8,494 nt of DNA, taken from NCBI GenBank assembly GCA_964510585.1, contig CAZECW010000108.1:1-8494 (forward strand), written 5' to 3'. Made by a program: the position numbers and the translations under genes. Shown piece by piece: positions 7,514 to 8,494 of this stretch (positions are counted from its first letter, which is position 1; each line of letters begins with the position of its first letter). Origin of the DNA: an uncultured archaeon. GTDB lineage: Archaea > Asgardarchaeota > Jordiarchaeia > Jordiarchaeales > Jordiarchaeaceae. Under the pieces are notes generated by a model that worked only from the letters and a program-made list of their open reading frames with translations, searched no databases and had not been told where the DNA came from.

Positions 7514-7936
7514 ATGAAGGGAGAAGAGTTAAACGCCAAAAACGTAGATGAGACAATTAATAAGGCAAAAACTTTCCTAAATAAAGTCCCCAAATACTCA
7601 TCCAACCCCGAAATACAAAAAAGAATAGTTCCCGTCACAGCAAACATGGCAAGAACCATCTGCTATAAAATTGCACACGACCAAGCATTTAGGAATCTGA
7701 AGAATTCTCCGATTAAACAGGAAATGAAAAAGCAAATAATCTCAGAGATGATAAATCAAAGAGTCTTCGAAAGGGTTAGGGATAAGAAGGAGCCTTTAAA
7801 AGTTGTGGAAAACCTATTACAGGGATTAATAAGTGAGCTCGACTCTCTAAATTGGTCCACTGAAAAATCCAAACTGTTTATAGAAGCACTGTGTATGATC
7901 TACGAAACTGAAGACAAAGGGATCAAGGTATTTTGA
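7514..7936 (+). CDS. Small helical protein, putative second Cas11/Csm2-like subunit, 140 aa
   Basis: In operon, 3 nt after the previous stop, and appears all-helical. VTANMAR and the C-terminal KLFIEALCMIYE resemble Csm2 motifs (TxxQxR; FxxFFEAxVAY). The resemblance is judged by eye only. Confidence 0.55.
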   Translation: MKGEELNAKNVDETINKAKTFLNKVPKYSSNPEIQKRIVPVTANMARTICYKIAHDQAFRNLKNSPIKQEMKKQIISEMINQRVFERVRDKKEPLKVVENLLQGLISELDSLNWSTEKSKLFIEALCMIYETEDKGIKVF

Positions 7937-8494
7937 AGATAGTAAGCATTATAACAGTTGCCCAACAGTATACTTCCGATAAACTTAAGCAAGTTATGTC
8001 CCAAATTTTAGGGGGGTCCTCACAGAATTTTTCGTACTTGTTTCAATTAATCTCTGGAAAATTCATTAATCTAATGTCTAATCAGGATGCGTCTTCTATA
8101 ACCTTCGATGAAGTTGTCAGATTAGTTAGTAAACTTGGAGCTGTTGAACTATTTATTTTAACCGATGAAGATGGATTATGGGCTAAAATTCCTAAAGAAT
8201 CAAAAGGCGAAAGAAGAGAGGAATCAGATAAAAGTGTAGAGTTCTTAACCTTAGCTATTACAGAGATAAAACCTGAGAATCTTGTAATTATGGATACCAA
8301 AAAGATTATCCTTAGATGTAAATTGGATAATAAAGAAATGTTAGATTATTACACTCATATTGTTAAGGAGTTGAAAGAGGCAAACATTCATTATTACTGT
8401 AATAAATGGTGTAATTATCTAGAATATAAAAACAAGGTAAGTGGAATTAATAAAGAAATCAAAATTGAAGCGCCGACCTTAAAGAAGTTAGTTC
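7933..8494 (+). CDS. Unknown protein, 3'-partial (at least 187 aa), not in the supplied ORF track
   Basis: TTG at 7933 overlaps the upstream TGA (TTGA). Manual translation has no stop to the window end: MKIVSIITVAQQYTSDKLKQVMSQILGG...VELFILTDEDG...LAITEIKPENLVIMDT...YYCNKWCNY...APTLKKLV. Alternative ATG at 7996. Confidence 0.8.
   Translation, partial: MKIVSIITVAQQYTSDKLKQVMSQILGGSSQNFSYLFQLISGKFINLMSNQDASSITFDEVVRLVSKLGAVELFILTDEDGLWAKIPKESKGERREESDKSVEFLTLAITEIKPENLVIMDTKKIILRCKLDNKEMLDYYTHIVKELKEANIHYYCNKWCNYLEYKNKVSGINKEIKIEAPTLKKLV

Noticed and set aside
7937-8081. Apparent non-coding gap or terminator after 7936 in the supplied ORF track
   Set aside because: The region is within an open frame from 7933, and no convincing hairpin or T-tract terminator was seen.
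8082-8300. 72-aa minus-strand ORF
   Set aside because: Antisense to the longer open + strand frame from 7933, which is coupled to the operon.
1-8494. CRISPR array, cas6, cas1/cas2
   Set aside because: No regularly spaced repeats were seen, intergenic gaps are too short, and no ORF has those motifs. They may lie outside the window.

Overview
The window is a single + strand, tightly packed type III CRISPR-Cas effector operon. Gene order and motifs best fit subtype III-D or a III-D-like variant, and the GGTGA/GGAGGTGA ribosome-binding sites suggest an archaeal host. Order: cas10 (frame open to the left edge; HD residues and GGDD intact), cas7, csx10/cas5, cas11, cas7, cas7, csm5-like cas7, a second putative cas11, then an AT-rich unknown ORF. 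That last ORF is missing from the supplied track (TTG at 7933) and runs off the right edge. No CRISPR array, cas6, cas1/cas2 or recognisable csx19 is present. The most unusual points are the HD-domain motif order in Cas10, two apparent Cas11 paralogs, a beta-rich extension on one Cas7 in a locus lacking csx19, and the translationally coupled unknown gene, a candidate signal-activated effector. All family calls come from motif recognition by eye; no searches were run.
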